The notes under the pieces: model-generated
Told to the model about the DNA's origin: nothing
Database searches by the model: none
What the model saw: the letters and a program-made list of their open reading frames with translations, nothing else
Shown here: one piece after another, positions 35,400 to 48,404 of the stretch
How positions within the stretch are numbered: position 1 is the stretch's first letter
How the letters are laid out: each line of letters begins with the position of its first letter
Program-made: the position numbers and the translations under genes
NCBI RefSeq assembly: GCF_006345805.1
Contig: NC_043000.1
Span: 81,840,001 to 81,904,000 of the forward strand
DNA from: Octopus sinensis
Taxonomy: Eukaryota
Direction of reading: 5' to 3'
Length of the DNA stretch: 64,000 nt

Positions 35400-35600
35400 T
35401 AGTTCGTCTGTTGTTGTCGATGATGACCAAGGACATCACAGGGAAAAGAAGATAGGTTATGGTGTGTCTGGCTGTGGCCAATCAGTCCAATGCTTGCTTG
35501 GAAGTTTCTGTCACAGGTCAGATACTGGTGATCTGAAGGTAAAGTGTTGGCTGTGGACTTGTGCAGCTCACGTGTTCTTTGTATTCCTGCAATCTTATTC
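35400..35600 (-). mobile_element. 3' tip of a different RTE-clade (BovB-like) LINE with a C2H2 finger remnant
   Basis: LTCDRNFQASIGLIGHSQTH resembles the C-terminal CxxC..F...IGL.SH.RTH finger of BovB-type ORF2. Confidence 0.55.
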
Positions 35601-35919
35601 TGACACACACATACACACACACACACACACACACGCACACACACACACATACCCACGCATACATACATGTATGTATGTATTTATGTATGTATAGACACAA
35701 AAAATACATGTATTTGTATGTTTTATATATGTAAATATGTATGCTAATACGTACATACGTTTATACACACGCATAATGGATCACACTCTCTTACTCTTGT
35801 ACATGTTTGTGTGTATACGCATACAAACACACAGCTATAAAGTATATAGCTCACACACACATGCTGACAGAGACACACCATGTACAGATCCATGTATGTG
35901 TATACATAGTGTACGTGTA

Positions 35920-36130
35920 CTAAGTCGTAGTTACGGCCGGCAGCAGAGTAAAATCGGCATTTCGTCCGACTGCACTGACGGTCTAAAGTTATTTCCTGTA
36001 GAGTCTCCATATATCCTGACCAATCAGCTGATCTCATACTATATCCATTCCCTCTCTCTGTCACTATTGTATCAGTTGGTAGTGCTCCTCCCTGTCCCCC
36101 TGCACTTCCCTCGTCCATGCCTCTCTAATT
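35920..36130. promoter_or_regulatory. Candidate host promoter/first-exon region (CpG-retaining, NF-Y box)
   Basis: Non-repetitive CpG-rich stretch with GACCAATCAG (CCAAT at 36020) in a window that is otherwise mostly CpG-poor; no direct evidence of transcription. Confidence 0.3.
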
Positions 36131-36479
36131 AAGACAGAACTTATAAATATTACTGGAAAAAAAATCCATATAGCAATAATACTGCTCCAATTAAGACAAA
36201 TAGTGATGCGTGAGCGACTCTGTGTGTGTGTGCGTGCGCGTGTGCGCGCGCATACCTCCGTGTGTGTATATGCATGCGTACGCCGTCTATACGTATGCTT
36301 GTGCGTGTGTGTGCGTGTGTACTGATGAATGTATATATGCATGTGTGTAAATATACACACAGACATATATATGTATATTTAGAGAGAGAGCGATTATGAC
36401 TCTGTTGTGTGACTCTATTATATATTAGGCGCGCGCGTGTGTGTGTGATGTATGCGTGTATGCATGCTCTGAATATGTT

Positions 36480-37560
36480 GTAGTCTGGTCGCTAGAAAAC
36501 TCGGTTGATATGTTTTGTGAAAGCTCTGCAAGCCACGAACAAAGATGCCGTCAGCAAGGTGAGCGTTAACAATAAATTCTGTGACGAATGTTACGTGCGT
36601 GTAGGTGTCTTACAGAACTCTATCCTTAACTCCCTCCTGTTTATTGTAGGCCTCCAGGTCATTACAGAAGAGTTTACGAACTTAAACATCCTTGGGAGCT
36701 CTTGTTTGTTGACGCCCTAGTTCTGTTAACCGAATCTGTTTCAGAATTAGCGAAGAAATTATAGAGTCTAGAATGCAGAAGCCTCGAAGCAAACGTAAGA
36801 ATGACAAATGTTTTCGTTAGAGGGCGAGAAGACAAGACTTCATGCCATTTGGGAGGTGGCCAAACATGATATGCAGAAAATGTGTAGGCAGGAACTCTGT
36901 ATTGTGTAGCAAATGTAAATTAAGGGGGCATGAAAGGGATGCGGTGGAGCTATAGGTATGCTGACAGGGAAGAATGATTTCATACACAGCAGACGCCCAA
37001 AAGTAGTTGGCAGTAAGAGCTCCCATGAAATAAATTCTTTCAAATTCTAGGAACGCTCTTGATATGCAGCTGGTAGCTTCTTCTACCTTTGAGGTACCGG
37101 TGATCTGAAAGCATTGTAGACAGTAAAATATATATATACAAAAAAAATCGGGTTAGGAAAAATGTCAGCATGCTTTTACCTATGCAGGTAACAAAGAGTT
37201 TCTTTCTCTGAGTAAAGAGCAGAGTGTATGATGATGTTTGTGTGCGACGTATAATGTTGCGTGAGCAATGAATTTGAGGATGTACACAGGCTGAAAGGAA
37301 TGGAAATGAACATGCTCCGCTGGATGTGTAATGAACGACAGTGCAAACGAGCTGAGAGAAAAACTAAATAGTAGAGATATCAAGTTGGGGTATGCGGTAG
37401 ATAAGATTAAGCTGGTCTAACCATATGATGTGAATGAAAACAGTTCAGTAAAGTGCCAAGTGATCCAAGTGGAAACTGCAGATGAAGTTCGAGGAAAGCG
37501 TGAGAATAACGAAAGGTGATCTGAAGAGCTTTACCTTACGAATGAACAGACGGATATGGA
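36480..37560 (+). mobile_element. Old RTE-clade LINE fragment
   Basis: KDAVSKVSVNNKFCDECYVRVGVLQNSILNSLLFIVGLQVITEEF aligns with the RT segment in ORF 41836-42408; heavily decayed. Confidence 0.75.
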
Positions 37561-38233
37561 AATATATGTGTACATGCTTAAATGTGTGTATTCAGCTTTG
37601 TGTAGATAATGCTTATATACATAAACATAGACAAAAATCTCTGTGTGAGCGCGTGTGTGAGTGTGTGTGTGTGTATGTGTGTGTGTGTGTGTGCGTGTGT
37701 GTGTGTGTGTACACACATACATACATAGGTGACTGCTTCCAGAAAATAAATCTTGCCCAGAGCTGTACAGATCCAGGTGCAAATACATAGACAACCTTGA
37801 ATGAAAGAAGACTTTATAGAAATGTATGTGTGTGCGCGTGCGTGTTAAAACATCGGGTTCATAACCAAGGATCGAAACCCGTTCCCAAGTTCATTTCCAT
37901 TCTCGGATTGTGCATTTAAAATCCATGTAACTTGTGAAATTTAGTATCATATTAGGTGCAAATGAGGTGGATCTAGTGCGCGCGTGTGTGTTATTTGTTT
38001 CAGTCATTGGATTGCGGTCATGCTGCAGCAACGTACTGAAGGGTTTTAGCCAATCAGACCGATCCCTTTTGGTCTATCAAATCCATTCACAAGGGCTTTT
38101 GAGAGTTGGTTATAGCAGAAGACACTTGTCCAAGGTGCTTCATACTGGGATTGAACCCGAAACCATGTGGTAGCCTACGCCTACTAAGCCACGCGTATAT
38201 ATGTGTATACACACACACACACTCACGCACGCG

Positions 38234-38316
<83 letters not shown>

Positions 38317-38829
38317 CCGAACATCGCTGATGCCAGCGCTGCCTTGACTGGCTTCCGTGCCGGTGGCACGTAAAAAGCACCATCCGATCGTGGTTGTTAC
38401 CACCCCACTCTGGCCCCTGTGTCGGTGGCACGTAAAAAAGCACCCACTACACTCTCGGAGTGGTTGGCGTTAGGAAGGGCATCCAGCTGTAGTAACAGTA
38501 CCAGATCAGACTGGAGCCTCGTGCAGTCTCCTGGCTCCCCAGACCCCAGTCAAACCGTCCAACTCATGCCAGCATGGAAACCGGACGTTAAACGATGATG
38601 ATGATGATGATGATGTTGATATATACACACACATGTATGTATGTATGTATGTATGTATGTATGTATATATGTATGTATGTATACAACTTACAAAGCATTA
38701 TTTGGTATTTGGCCCAAGGCTATAGTTGAAGACATTTGCTCAAAGTACCGTACAGTGGAACTGAACTCGAAACCACATGGATGCAAAGCTAGTTTCTTAA
38801 CCACACAGCTATGTTTGTGCCTACAAGTT

Positions 38830-39545
38830 ATGCCTCTACGGATAAATATGACAGGGGTGGTAGTGGTGGTGGTGATGGTGGTGCAAATGGTGCTGGTGGT
38901 GATGATGCTGACAATAAAGATAATTATGACTGTGATCATGATGGCCATTATAGTGTGGTAGTGGTGGTCGTTGTTGTAGTATTGATGGTGGGAGTGGTAT
39001 GGTTACCATGATGATGGTAGTTATATTAGTGGTAATGGTTATAGTAATGGTTGTGGTGATAGTAGTAATGGTGGTGGAAGTAGTGATGGTGGTGGTAGTA
39101 GTGATAGTGATGGACGTAGTGGTTGTGTGGTAGTGGTGGTGGTGGCAGTGGTAATGGTAGTGACCATTGTGGTGGTGATTGTAGTCATTATAGTGGTAGT
39201 AATGAAAGTGGTGGTAGTGGTGGTGGTGGTGGTAGTGGTGGTGGTGATGATAGTGGTGGTAGTAATAGCGGTAGTAGTGGCAGCAGTGACCTTGGTGGCT
39301 GTAGTGATGGTGGTTGTATTCATCACAGTGGTGGTGATGGTGGTGGTGGTGGTGGTGGTGGTGATGGTAGTAGTGATGGTGATAGTGGTCCATAATGGTA
39401 GTTGTGGTTATAGTGGTGGTCGTAATGGTAATGGCAGTGATTCCATTGGTGATTGTAGGGGTGATAGTATTTTGTTTCTATCTAGCACAGGTGTTATATA
39501 ATGGTGATATCAATTGTAATGATGGTGATGATGGTGGTAGTGAGG
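38830..39545. repeat. Degenerate (GGT/AGT/GAT)n trinucleotide tract
   Basis: Direct sequence; a comparable (CAC)n tract lies at ~48490-48920. Confidence 0.9.
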
Positions 39546-39552
39546 AATATGC

Positions 39553-39588
<36 letters not shown>

Positions 39589-39883
39589 TCCTACACTATA
39601 ATCTAGTCTTGCCCTTCCCACACCAGAACCATCCTTAACCCTCATTCCACTCTACATCCTCACCACTAGAAATATGTTAGCTATGTACTACGGAAATTGT
39701 TGAAACTCTGTTGCTAGGAGTTGGTCTCTACTCACACATACATAAATATAAACAGACATAAATTCACACATAAACAATTTCAAACACGCATTGCCATACA
39801 TCATGTGTGTATATATATTATGCACACACACACACACATATGTATATGTACTTATATATTATATATATATGTGTATATATATG

Positions 39884-39932
<49 letters not shown>

Positions 39933-40149
39933 CACACATATGTATATATATATACACACATGTATATATATAATATATACATTTCCCTCTCCATATTTTT
40001 AAGAAGTCATGGGCTAACAAGCTTTTGGGATCTGACAATATACCATAACGCTAAACCCTTTATGGACAGGAAACCTAAAGTAATACCTTTAACCAGCCTT
40101 TCCCACTTTTAATATATGTATATATATATAAACACATATTATATATTCA

Positions 40150-42360
40150 TATCATCATCATCATCGTCGTTTAACGTCCGTTCTCCATGCTAGCATGGGT
40201 TGGACGGTTCGACCGGGGTTCTGGGAAGCCAGAAGGCTGCACCAGGCTCCAGTCTAATTTGGCAATGTTTCTACAGCTGGATGCCCTTCCTAACGCCAAC
40301 CACTCCGTGAGTGTAGTGGGTGCTTTTTACGTGCCACCTGCACAGGTGCCAGGCGGGGCTGGCAACGGCCACGGTCAGATTGGTGTATTTTATGTGCCAC
40401 CGGCACGGAAGCCAGTCGAGGCGGTGCTGGCATCGGCCACGAGTCGGATAGTGCTTTTTACGTACCACCAGACCAGGGATCCTGGCTGTTCAATTCGATT
40501 TCGATTTCGCTTGCCCCAACATGTCTTCACAAGCAAAGGGGGTTGGCAAGGGTGCCTGTCGTACGGTCGCATTGGATATTTTTTACGTGCCACGGCCACG
40601 AGTCGGATAGTGCTTTTTACATACCACCAGACCAGGGATCCTGGCTGGTTCAATTCGATTTCGATTTCGATTTCGCTTGCCCCAACATGTCTTCACAAGC
40701 AAAGGGGGTTGGCATGGGTGCCTGTCGTACGGTCGCATTGGAGTATTTTACGTGCCACGGCCCCGAGTCGGATAGTGCTTTTTATGTACCACCAGGCCAG
40801 GGATCCTGGCTGGTTCAATTCGGTTTCGATTTCGATTTCGATTTCGCTTGCCCCAACATGTCTTCGCAAGCATGGGGTGTTGGGATGGGTGTCTGTCGTC
40901 GGATGAGGTTCTATATCGACTTCGCTTGCCTCAACCGGTCTTTGTGTCCAAGGGAGGAAAGGCATTCATAAGTGGGCTGGGCTCACTTGTCCTGCCTGGT
41001 CTTCTCACGTACAGAATATTTCCAAAGGTCTCGGTCTCTGGTCATTTCCTCAGTGAGGCCTAAAGTTCGAAGGTCGTGCTTCACCACCTCGTCCCAGGTT
41101 TTCCTGGGTCTACCTCTTCCACGGGTTCCCTCAACTGCTAGGGATTGGCACTTTCTCACACACCTATCTTCATCCATTCTCGCCACATGACCATACCAGC
41201 GCAATCGTCTCTCTTGCACACCACAACTGATGCTTCTTAGGTACAACATTTCTCTCAAGGTGCTAACGCTCTGTCGAGTATGTACACTGACATTACACAT
41301 CCATCGGAGCATACTGGCTTCATTCCTCACGAGCTTACGCATGTCCTCAGCAGTCACAGCCCATGTTTCGCTGCCATGTAGCATGGCTGTTCGTACACAC
41401 GCATCATACAGTCTGCCTTTTACTCTGAGCGAGAGGCCTTTAGTCACCAGCAGAGGTAAGAGCTCCCTAAACTTTGCCCAGGCTATTCTTATTCTAGCAG
41501 TTACACTTTCAGCGCACCCACCCCCACTACTGACTTGGTCACCTAGATAACGGAAGCTATCAACTACTTCTAGTTTTTCCCCCTGGAAAGTGACGGAAGT
41601 TGTTTTCTGCAGATTTTCGGAGGTTAATGCTCCCGAGCATCTGCCACATACAAAAACTATCTTCCCAGTTAGCCTACCTTTGACATTGCTGCACCTCTTA
41701 TGTGTCCATAGCTTACACTGGGTACATCTTATAGAGTTTCTACCTACACCTTTTCTACACAGATCGAGCAGGGCCATCTTCCTGAAGATATTTGTGGATT
41801 GTCTACCTTTCTACTTATTAGTACTTTGGTTTTAGCTAGTTGACTCTAAGGCCCCTTGATTCTAAACCCTCCTTCCACACCTGGAACTTCTCCTCCAGTT
41901 CTGATAGTGACTCAGCAATAAGAGCAAGGTCGTCAGCGTAGAGGAGCTCCCAGGGACAGCCTGTCTTGAATTCCTCCGTAATTGCCTGGAGTACTATGAT
42001 AAATAGGAGGGGGCTGAGTACTGAACCCTGGTGGACCCCAACCTCTACTTTGAATTCTTCTGTGTACATGTTGCCAACCCTAACCTTACTTACGGCATCT
42101 CTGTACATGGCTTGCACAGTCCTCACCAGCCATTCATCTATCCCTAGTTTCCTCATTGACCACCAGATAAGGGATCGGGGGACCCTATCAAAAGCTTTCT
42201 CCATGTCAACGAAAGCCAGGTACAGGGGCTTATCTTTGGCTAGGTATTTCTCCTGCAGCTGCCTTACCAGGAATATAGCATCAGTGGTACTTTTTCCTGG
42301 CACGAACCCAAACTGCATCTCATCTAAACTAACTCTCTCTCTAATTAGTTGGGCTATGAC
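40150..42360 (-). mobile_element. Relatively young 5'-truncated RTE LINE (RT core to 3' UTR) with a triplicated UTR segment
   Basis: ORF 41836-42408 (QFGFVPGKSTTDAIF, LAFVDMEKAFDRVPR, GVHQGSVLSPLLF, LLYADDL) and ORF 40983-41777 (C-terminus); UTR ends in the GGAAGGGCATCC box and (GAT)n. Confidence 0.95.
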
Positions 42361-42419
42361 CCTCTCCGTATGTACACATATATAATGTACATTATATATT
42401 ATATACATTGTATATATGT

Positions 42420-42545
42420 ATCATGTGATCATATGACTGACCAGGTTATTAGATGTTGTTACACATTGCTGGTCACAATGTGCTTTTGTATTGTTTTAGT
42501 TTTCAAATGATGCCACTCTGCTGGCTAGGTGAGCAGGCCTACATT
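42420..42545 (-). mobile_element. 3' fragment of SINE family D, CpG-decayed
   Basis: Reverse complement of ~62755-62877 with CpG to TpG/CpA changes. Confidence 0.75.
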
Positions 42546-42579
42546 CCTCACCTGATTGAAAGGAGGAATATACATATAA

Positions 42580-44210
42580 ACAAGCATTTGATGAGAAAGA
42601 GAAGATAGTAATATATAACATAGAAGACAACTGGAGGTTCCTACAAGACAGCTTAATGAGGGCCACAGATCAAATTTGTGGCTGGTGCAAAATCCCCTCC
42701 AGGCCTAAGGTAACAAGCTGGTGGAACAGGAAAGTAGACAGAGCCATTAGAGCAAAGCAACAGACCTGGAAGGACTGGAAGAGTGATAGTAGCAGAAAAC
42801 TAAATCAGGTAGCTAGAATGGAGGCTGGGAGATAAGTATATTTAGCTAGGGGAAAAGCAGAAATGAAGAAGTTTGCTCATGTTATGCAGCAAGAGGACCA
42901 ATGACCTAAAGTATTTCAGATTGCCAGACAGTGTGTGAGAGAAAATTGTGGTGTTGTAGGAGAGAAGATTGTTTGCATGGATGATGGTACACTTGCAGTT
43001 TATGATTCTGTAAAGAAAGAGTCTTGGAAGGCTGCTAAATGTAGAGAATGCATGGGAGAAGGAGAGTTTGCCTAATGTGGGCCCAACAGAGAAACCAGCT
43101 GTCTGAAGCAACAGTAGTTTGGTAGATAAAGTAATTAAGGGTATGAAGACAAGGAAAGCTCCCAACCCTTCAGGAATCACTCTTGAGATGCTTAAAATAT
43201 CTGGGAGAGTGGGATATGGCCTAGTCATCTGCATATTTTAACAGGTTGTCCATAAGGGAGTCATATCCAATGACTGGTGTAGCAGCATTATAGTGAACTG
43301 CTACAAAGGTAAAAGTACCACCTTAGGCAGAAATAATTGCAGAGGTATCAAATTGCTAGACCAGGTGATGAAAGTTACAGAAAGGGTCATAGCTCAACTA
43401 ATTAGGAAGAGAGTTTGCCTAGATGAGATGCAGTTTAGTTTTGTGCATGGGAGAAGCACTACTGATGCTATCTTCCTGGTGAGGCAACTGTAGGAAAAGT
43501 ATTTAGCAAAAACTAAATCCCTGAACTTGGCTTTTGTTGACAAGGAGAAAGCCTTTGACAGGATATTCTGCTCCCTTATCTGATGAGCAATGTCAAAACT
43601 AGGGATAAATGAGTGGTTGGTGAGAGCTGTACAAACCATGTACAGGGATGCTGTCAGTAAGGTGAAAGTCAGCAATGGGTATAGCAAGGAATTTAGTGTA
43701 CAGGTAGGTGTCCACCAAAGATCAGCTTATAGCACCCTCTTGTTTTCCATAGTCCTCCAGACCATAACAAGGGAATTTAAGACTGGCTGCCCTTAGGAGC
43801 TCCTCTATACTGGTGACCTTGTTCTCATTACTGAATCACTACTATAATAAAACTAGAGAAGAAATTTCAGGTGTAGATGCAAAGTTTGGAATTAAGGGGC
43901 CTTAAATTTAATTTAGCAAAGACCAAAGTCTTAGAAAGCAGGAAAACAGACAAATCATTGATCCCTTCAGGGAGATGACCCTGCTTGATATGTTGAAAAG
44001 GTGTTGGCAGAAACTCCATACAGCATATCCAGCACAAGCTTTAGACACATAAAAAGTGCAGTGGAATCACAGGAAGGTTGAAAGAGAAAGTAGTCTTTGT
44101 GTATGGCAGATATTAAGCAGGTACAATAAAAACTAGGAATGTGCACAAAATAGACTCTCTTATATGTCCGGTGGGAGGAGAGGTCCTTAGAAGTACTAGT
44201 AACTTTGAAG
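42580..44210 (+). mobile_element. Older RTE LINE fragment (pre-RT region, RT, PHD-like remnant), multiple stops
   Basis: NCRGIKLLDQVMKVTERVIAQLIR...QFSFVHGRSTTDAIFLVRQL, VGVHQRSAYSTLLF. Confidence 0.9.
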
Positions 44211-44919
44211 AATCAACAGAGATTTATATAATTATAATTATATGTATATTATTTGATATATTTAAGCTTTTATAAACTCTCCCTACACTCTTAGGAGTTT
44301 CATTTTCCATACAGCATGTGCAATTCTTTGTTTACTCATCTACGGCACATTACGTATTTTCTTTTAATATATTTTAATTAATGTGTTATAAAGTGCATTA
44401 CTGTACTGTATTTCTATTTATTGATTTATTAATTTCTAGTCATGAAAATGATTATTTTACCACAGAAATAATTAAAATCTAAAAAATATAAATACCTTTC
44501 AGCCACAGACACCCATGGTATATTGAGGAGTCCACGATATTAATTTACATATAGCAGCTATAAAAATGTGCAATGTACTGAGGGCATGATAGATGAACAG
44601 TGATATGGTGAGTGATTATTGTGTGTATACATATATATATTAATGCTTGCTTTTTTTCTTTATGCTATCATGCGAACGGTTTTACATGAAACTGAAAGAT
44701 TACTCAGTAAGTTTGGTTGACTAGTATTAACAATGACTTCAATAATGGCTTAGGCCAAAAGAATAATAATAATAAGAAGAAGAAGGAGGAGGAGGAGGAG
44801 GGGAAGAAGGAGGAGGAGGAGGAGGAGAGGAGGAGAAGAAGAAGAAGAAGAAGAAGAAGAAGAAGAAGAAGAAGAAGAAGAAGAATGCCTCACGGAAGGG
44901 AAAGCTATCCTAATTCCCA

Positions 44920-46240
44920 AATCCACTGATACAGCAAACCCTCAAAATTACAGAACAGTAACTTCTCTCCCTACAATTTACAAAGCCATTACTGCAATAG
45001 TATCGCAGAGAATGAGCAAACATCTGGAAGAAAACAATCTGTTTCCAGAAGAGCAGAAGGGATGCTGCAAGGGCTCATATAGCTGTAAAGATCAGCTACT
45101 GATCAATAAAGCCATAACTGAATACAACCGCAGAAAGAAGGGTCTAAGTATGGCTTGGATCAACTACCGAAAGGCTTTTGATAATATTCCCCTCACATGG
45201 ATCCTAGAAACACTAGCCATGAACAAGGTAGCCCCAATAATCATAAAATCTATAAAACATTCCATGAATAACTGGCAGACAGTGCTACAGCTTCAGACAA
45301 AAGAGGGACTCATAAAAATCAAAGCCATCTCCATTAGAAAAGGTATATTTCAGGGAAACATGCTCTCTCCACTCTTTTTCTGCTTGACATGCTAAACAGA
45401 ACTGGATGTGGATACAACTGTTATGGCAAAACAATCAGCCACCTCTTATATATGGATGATCTAAAACTGTATGCTGCAAATGATAAACTGCTGGAAACAT
45501 TACTAGAGACAGTATATGTATTTATCAAAGAAATAAACATGAAATTTAGCTTAGAAAAATGTGCCTAAGACATCTTGAAAAGAGGAAAACTAGTTAAGAG
45601 TAGCAACGTCACACTAGATAGAGTAAATGGAATAAGAGAATTAGAACAAAGCCAGACATACAAATAATTAGGAATCAATTAACTAGATATGATACAATAT
45701 ACACAAATGAAAGAGAAGATAAGAAAAGAATGCTATAGATAAGTTAGATTAATACTGAAAACAGCTCAATGCTAAAAACCAGATAATAGATATCAACACT
45801 TTAGCCATCTCAGTTATAAGTTACAGCTACAATATTCTTAACAGAACTCTGAATGAACTAATCGAAATAGACAGGAAAACAAGAAAAATAATGACAGGAT
45901 GCACTGCCCAAAATCTGACATAGAAAGGTCATATATACAACATATCGAAGGTAGTAGATGCCTTATACAGTTAGAAGACTATTACAAAATAACCACCATA
46001 GGACTACAAAAATACCTACTTCAGAAGTGATGGCAAGAAAACCCCCTTCATGGCAAAAATTAGGTTAAACTAAACAGAAAAGAAATAGACAAAGCAAAAT
46101 CCCAACAATGGCTGAGAAACTCAGGACTCAAAGCAGAAACTGAAGGATTTTTAATTGCAGCACAAGATCAAAACCTTCCCACCAGAAATTAGCAAAAATA
46201 TAGATGCAAAGAAATACTAGTAACTGCAGGATATGTGGAG
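44920..46240 (+). mobile_element. Second R4/Dong-like LINE RT fragment
   Basis: PQNYRTVTSLPTIYK, EEQKGCCKGSYSCKDQLLINK, WINYRKAFDNIP, GIFQGNMLSPL, HLLYMDDLKLY; lies directly after (TAA)n/(GGA)n/(GAA)n. Confidence 0.85.
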
Positions 46241-46289
46241 ATGGAGAAGAAACAATAAATTATATATTGTTTCTGGCTACCCAGTCTGG

Positions 46290-46600
46290 AAAGTTTTACA
46301 GAGTTTTACACTTCCAGTGATGGATTGGATCTGTAGTTTCCAAATTAGCTTTCTCCTTTCTGGTTTTAAGAAGCCTAATTTCTCAAGATTGGTATTTAGG
46401 CAGTGTGTTACATATCGCAGGTCCCCAATAATTACAGGTATAAATCTGAACTTGTAACCTGGATAAAGTAACTGCTGATTTCTCAATAGCTATTCTCTTT
46501 TTCACAAATCTTCAGCTCTATGTTAACATCTGCTGGGCAGCTAATTTCCACAACTGTACACAGTTTCTCTTCTCTATCCCAAATCCTTATATCAGGTCTG
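46290..46600 (-). mobile_element. R4/Dong-like RLE 3' fragment (same family as 14861-15434)
   Basis: LYPGYKFRFIPVIIGDL..VTHCLNTNLEKLG..KPERRKLIWKLQIQSITGSVKLCKTF. Confidence 0.85.
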
Positions 46601-46707
46601 TTGTGCTTACATTTTATTGAGGTCATCACTGGGACATTCCACCAGTATTCCTTTCTATTATGAGTAGTTATGACTTCTGTGAGTATGCATGTATGTTAGG
46701 TGCACTT

Positions 46708-47340
46708 TTGGCTGTGTGGTAAGAATTTTGCTTCCAAACCACATTGTTCTGGGTTTAACCCACTGTGTGGCACCTTGGGCAAGTCTCTTCATCTATAGCC
46801 CCAGAATTTGGTGAAGGGAAACTGCAAAAACCCATCATATACATGTGTGTGTGTGTGTATGTGTGTGTGCGTGTGCGTGCGCGTGCGTGTGTGTGCATGT
46901 GTGCGTGTGTGCGTGTGTGTGTGCGTGCCTGTGTGTGTGTGTGTATTTATGTTTTGTGTTTCTCCCTCACCACCTGATAACTAATGCTGGTTTGTTTATA
47001 TCCCTATAACTTAGGTGGTTTGGCAAAATGAGACTGATAGAATAAATATCATGCTTTACCAAAAAATAACCAAAATTCAAAATGTGCTGAGATCAATTTG
47101 TTTGATTGAACCCATCTAGATGGAATCCTAGCATGGCTACAGTCCAATGATTAAAACATACCAGCATAATTAGAGGGGAGCAGAGGGGGCAGTTCGCCCC
47201 GGGTGGCACCACTTTGGGGTCTGCTGTAGGCAATATATATTTTTTGTGGGGACCTAGGGGTGGCAAACTGAAGGGCCACACTGGGCAGCACACATTCTAG
47301 CAATGCTAGTGTTAAGATGTGTAAAAGATAAAAGATCAAA
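46708..47340 (+). mobile_element. SINE family A with a MITE inserted in its tail
   Basis: GGCTGTGTGGTAAG...GGGTTTAACCC head; the tail resumes as TAAAAGATAAAAGAT after 47310. Confidence 0.7.
47160..47310. mobile_element. Possible PIF/Harbinger-type MITE relic
   Basis: Imperfect terminal inverted repeats ACCAGCATAATTAGA / TCTAGCAATGCTAGT around a GC-rich core. Confidence 0.4.
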
Positions 47341-47407
47341 GAATTACCAAATCACTTATTTTGTATGTAAGTGACTGAATATTCTAAAGACATGTGAACC
47401 CTTAATG

Positions 47408-48404
47408 TGGTTCTCAAATGGGGCCTATATGACCCTCAGGATCCATATAAGATTTTGTTGTTACAACTTATTTGCAATAAATTCACCATGCTTCTACAGA
47501 GTGTTCCAGAAAGATTTACTCATCTTCAGAACTCTTCCTAAAGAATATCGGTTCAGGTAATATTATCTACATTTTACTCAAAGATTTGCATATTTCTTTT
47601 GTTCATGAGTCTATTGTTTCATTCATCTATAACAGGTTTGTAAACAAACATGGCATTCAAAGCAAAACGTGACCAGATTGTCGCTTTGAAAACAGCTGGT
47701 GTGAGCAGCAAGGACATAAAACAGTTGAATGTGTGTCATGAAACAGTGTTCTATAATAAATAGAGTTTGCTACTACATCTAGCAAATCAACTCCTGGTAG
47801 GAAACGATCAATTCATACCAAAGAAACCGCTGAAGCTGTGAAGAAGTAAGTGAACCGAAATCCCCATAGGAGTGCAAGAAAAACTGCGAAAGCTCTTGGT
47901 AGTTTGAAATAATCAAATGCACAGGGTTTTTAAAGATGATTTAAAGCTAACTGCATACAAGAAACAATCCCAGCAGTTAATTTCAGCAGCTTCCAAGAAG
48001 AAACAGTTCAAATGGGGTAAAATCATGTTATCTGAGATAAAGAGGTGGTACGGTGCTCATGCAATTCAGTGACCGCTCATTTGCAGGTTATGGTCAAGGC
48101 GAAAGAAGGTCATTTTAAAATGTAATTACTGCAATGGATTGACAATTTACATTAAAACAAGTGTGCCAAATTTCATTATCCTACCTTTAGTTTATTTTGA
48201 ATAATTAAGAAATATCAATGGGTAAATCTTTCTGGGACACCCTGTACAATACTCCAAATATTCTAACAATTTTTCAATACAATTCCGAACAATAATTATG
48301 TAAATATAATATAATTTTTTAAACAGTGAATGGCTATGGGGGACAATCTAAGTAAAACAGGAATCAAAGGGAGTCCATGAGCAAAAGATGGCTGAGAATC
48401 ACTG
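47408..48404. mobile_element. hAT (Charlie-like) MITE with 8-bp TSD, hosting a nested mariner
   Basis: CCTTAATG at 47400-47407 and 48405-48412; ends TGGTTCTCAAA...CTGAGAATCACTG (the left TIR lacks its initial CAG). Confidence 0.7.
47497..48244 (+). mobile_element. Internally deleted Tc1/mariner element
   Basis: 27-bp TIRs CAGAGTGTTCCAGAAAGATTTACTCAT / ATGGGTAAATCTTTCTGGGACACCCTG (3 mismatches), TA on both sides, decayed HTH-coding remnant. Confidence 0.85.
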
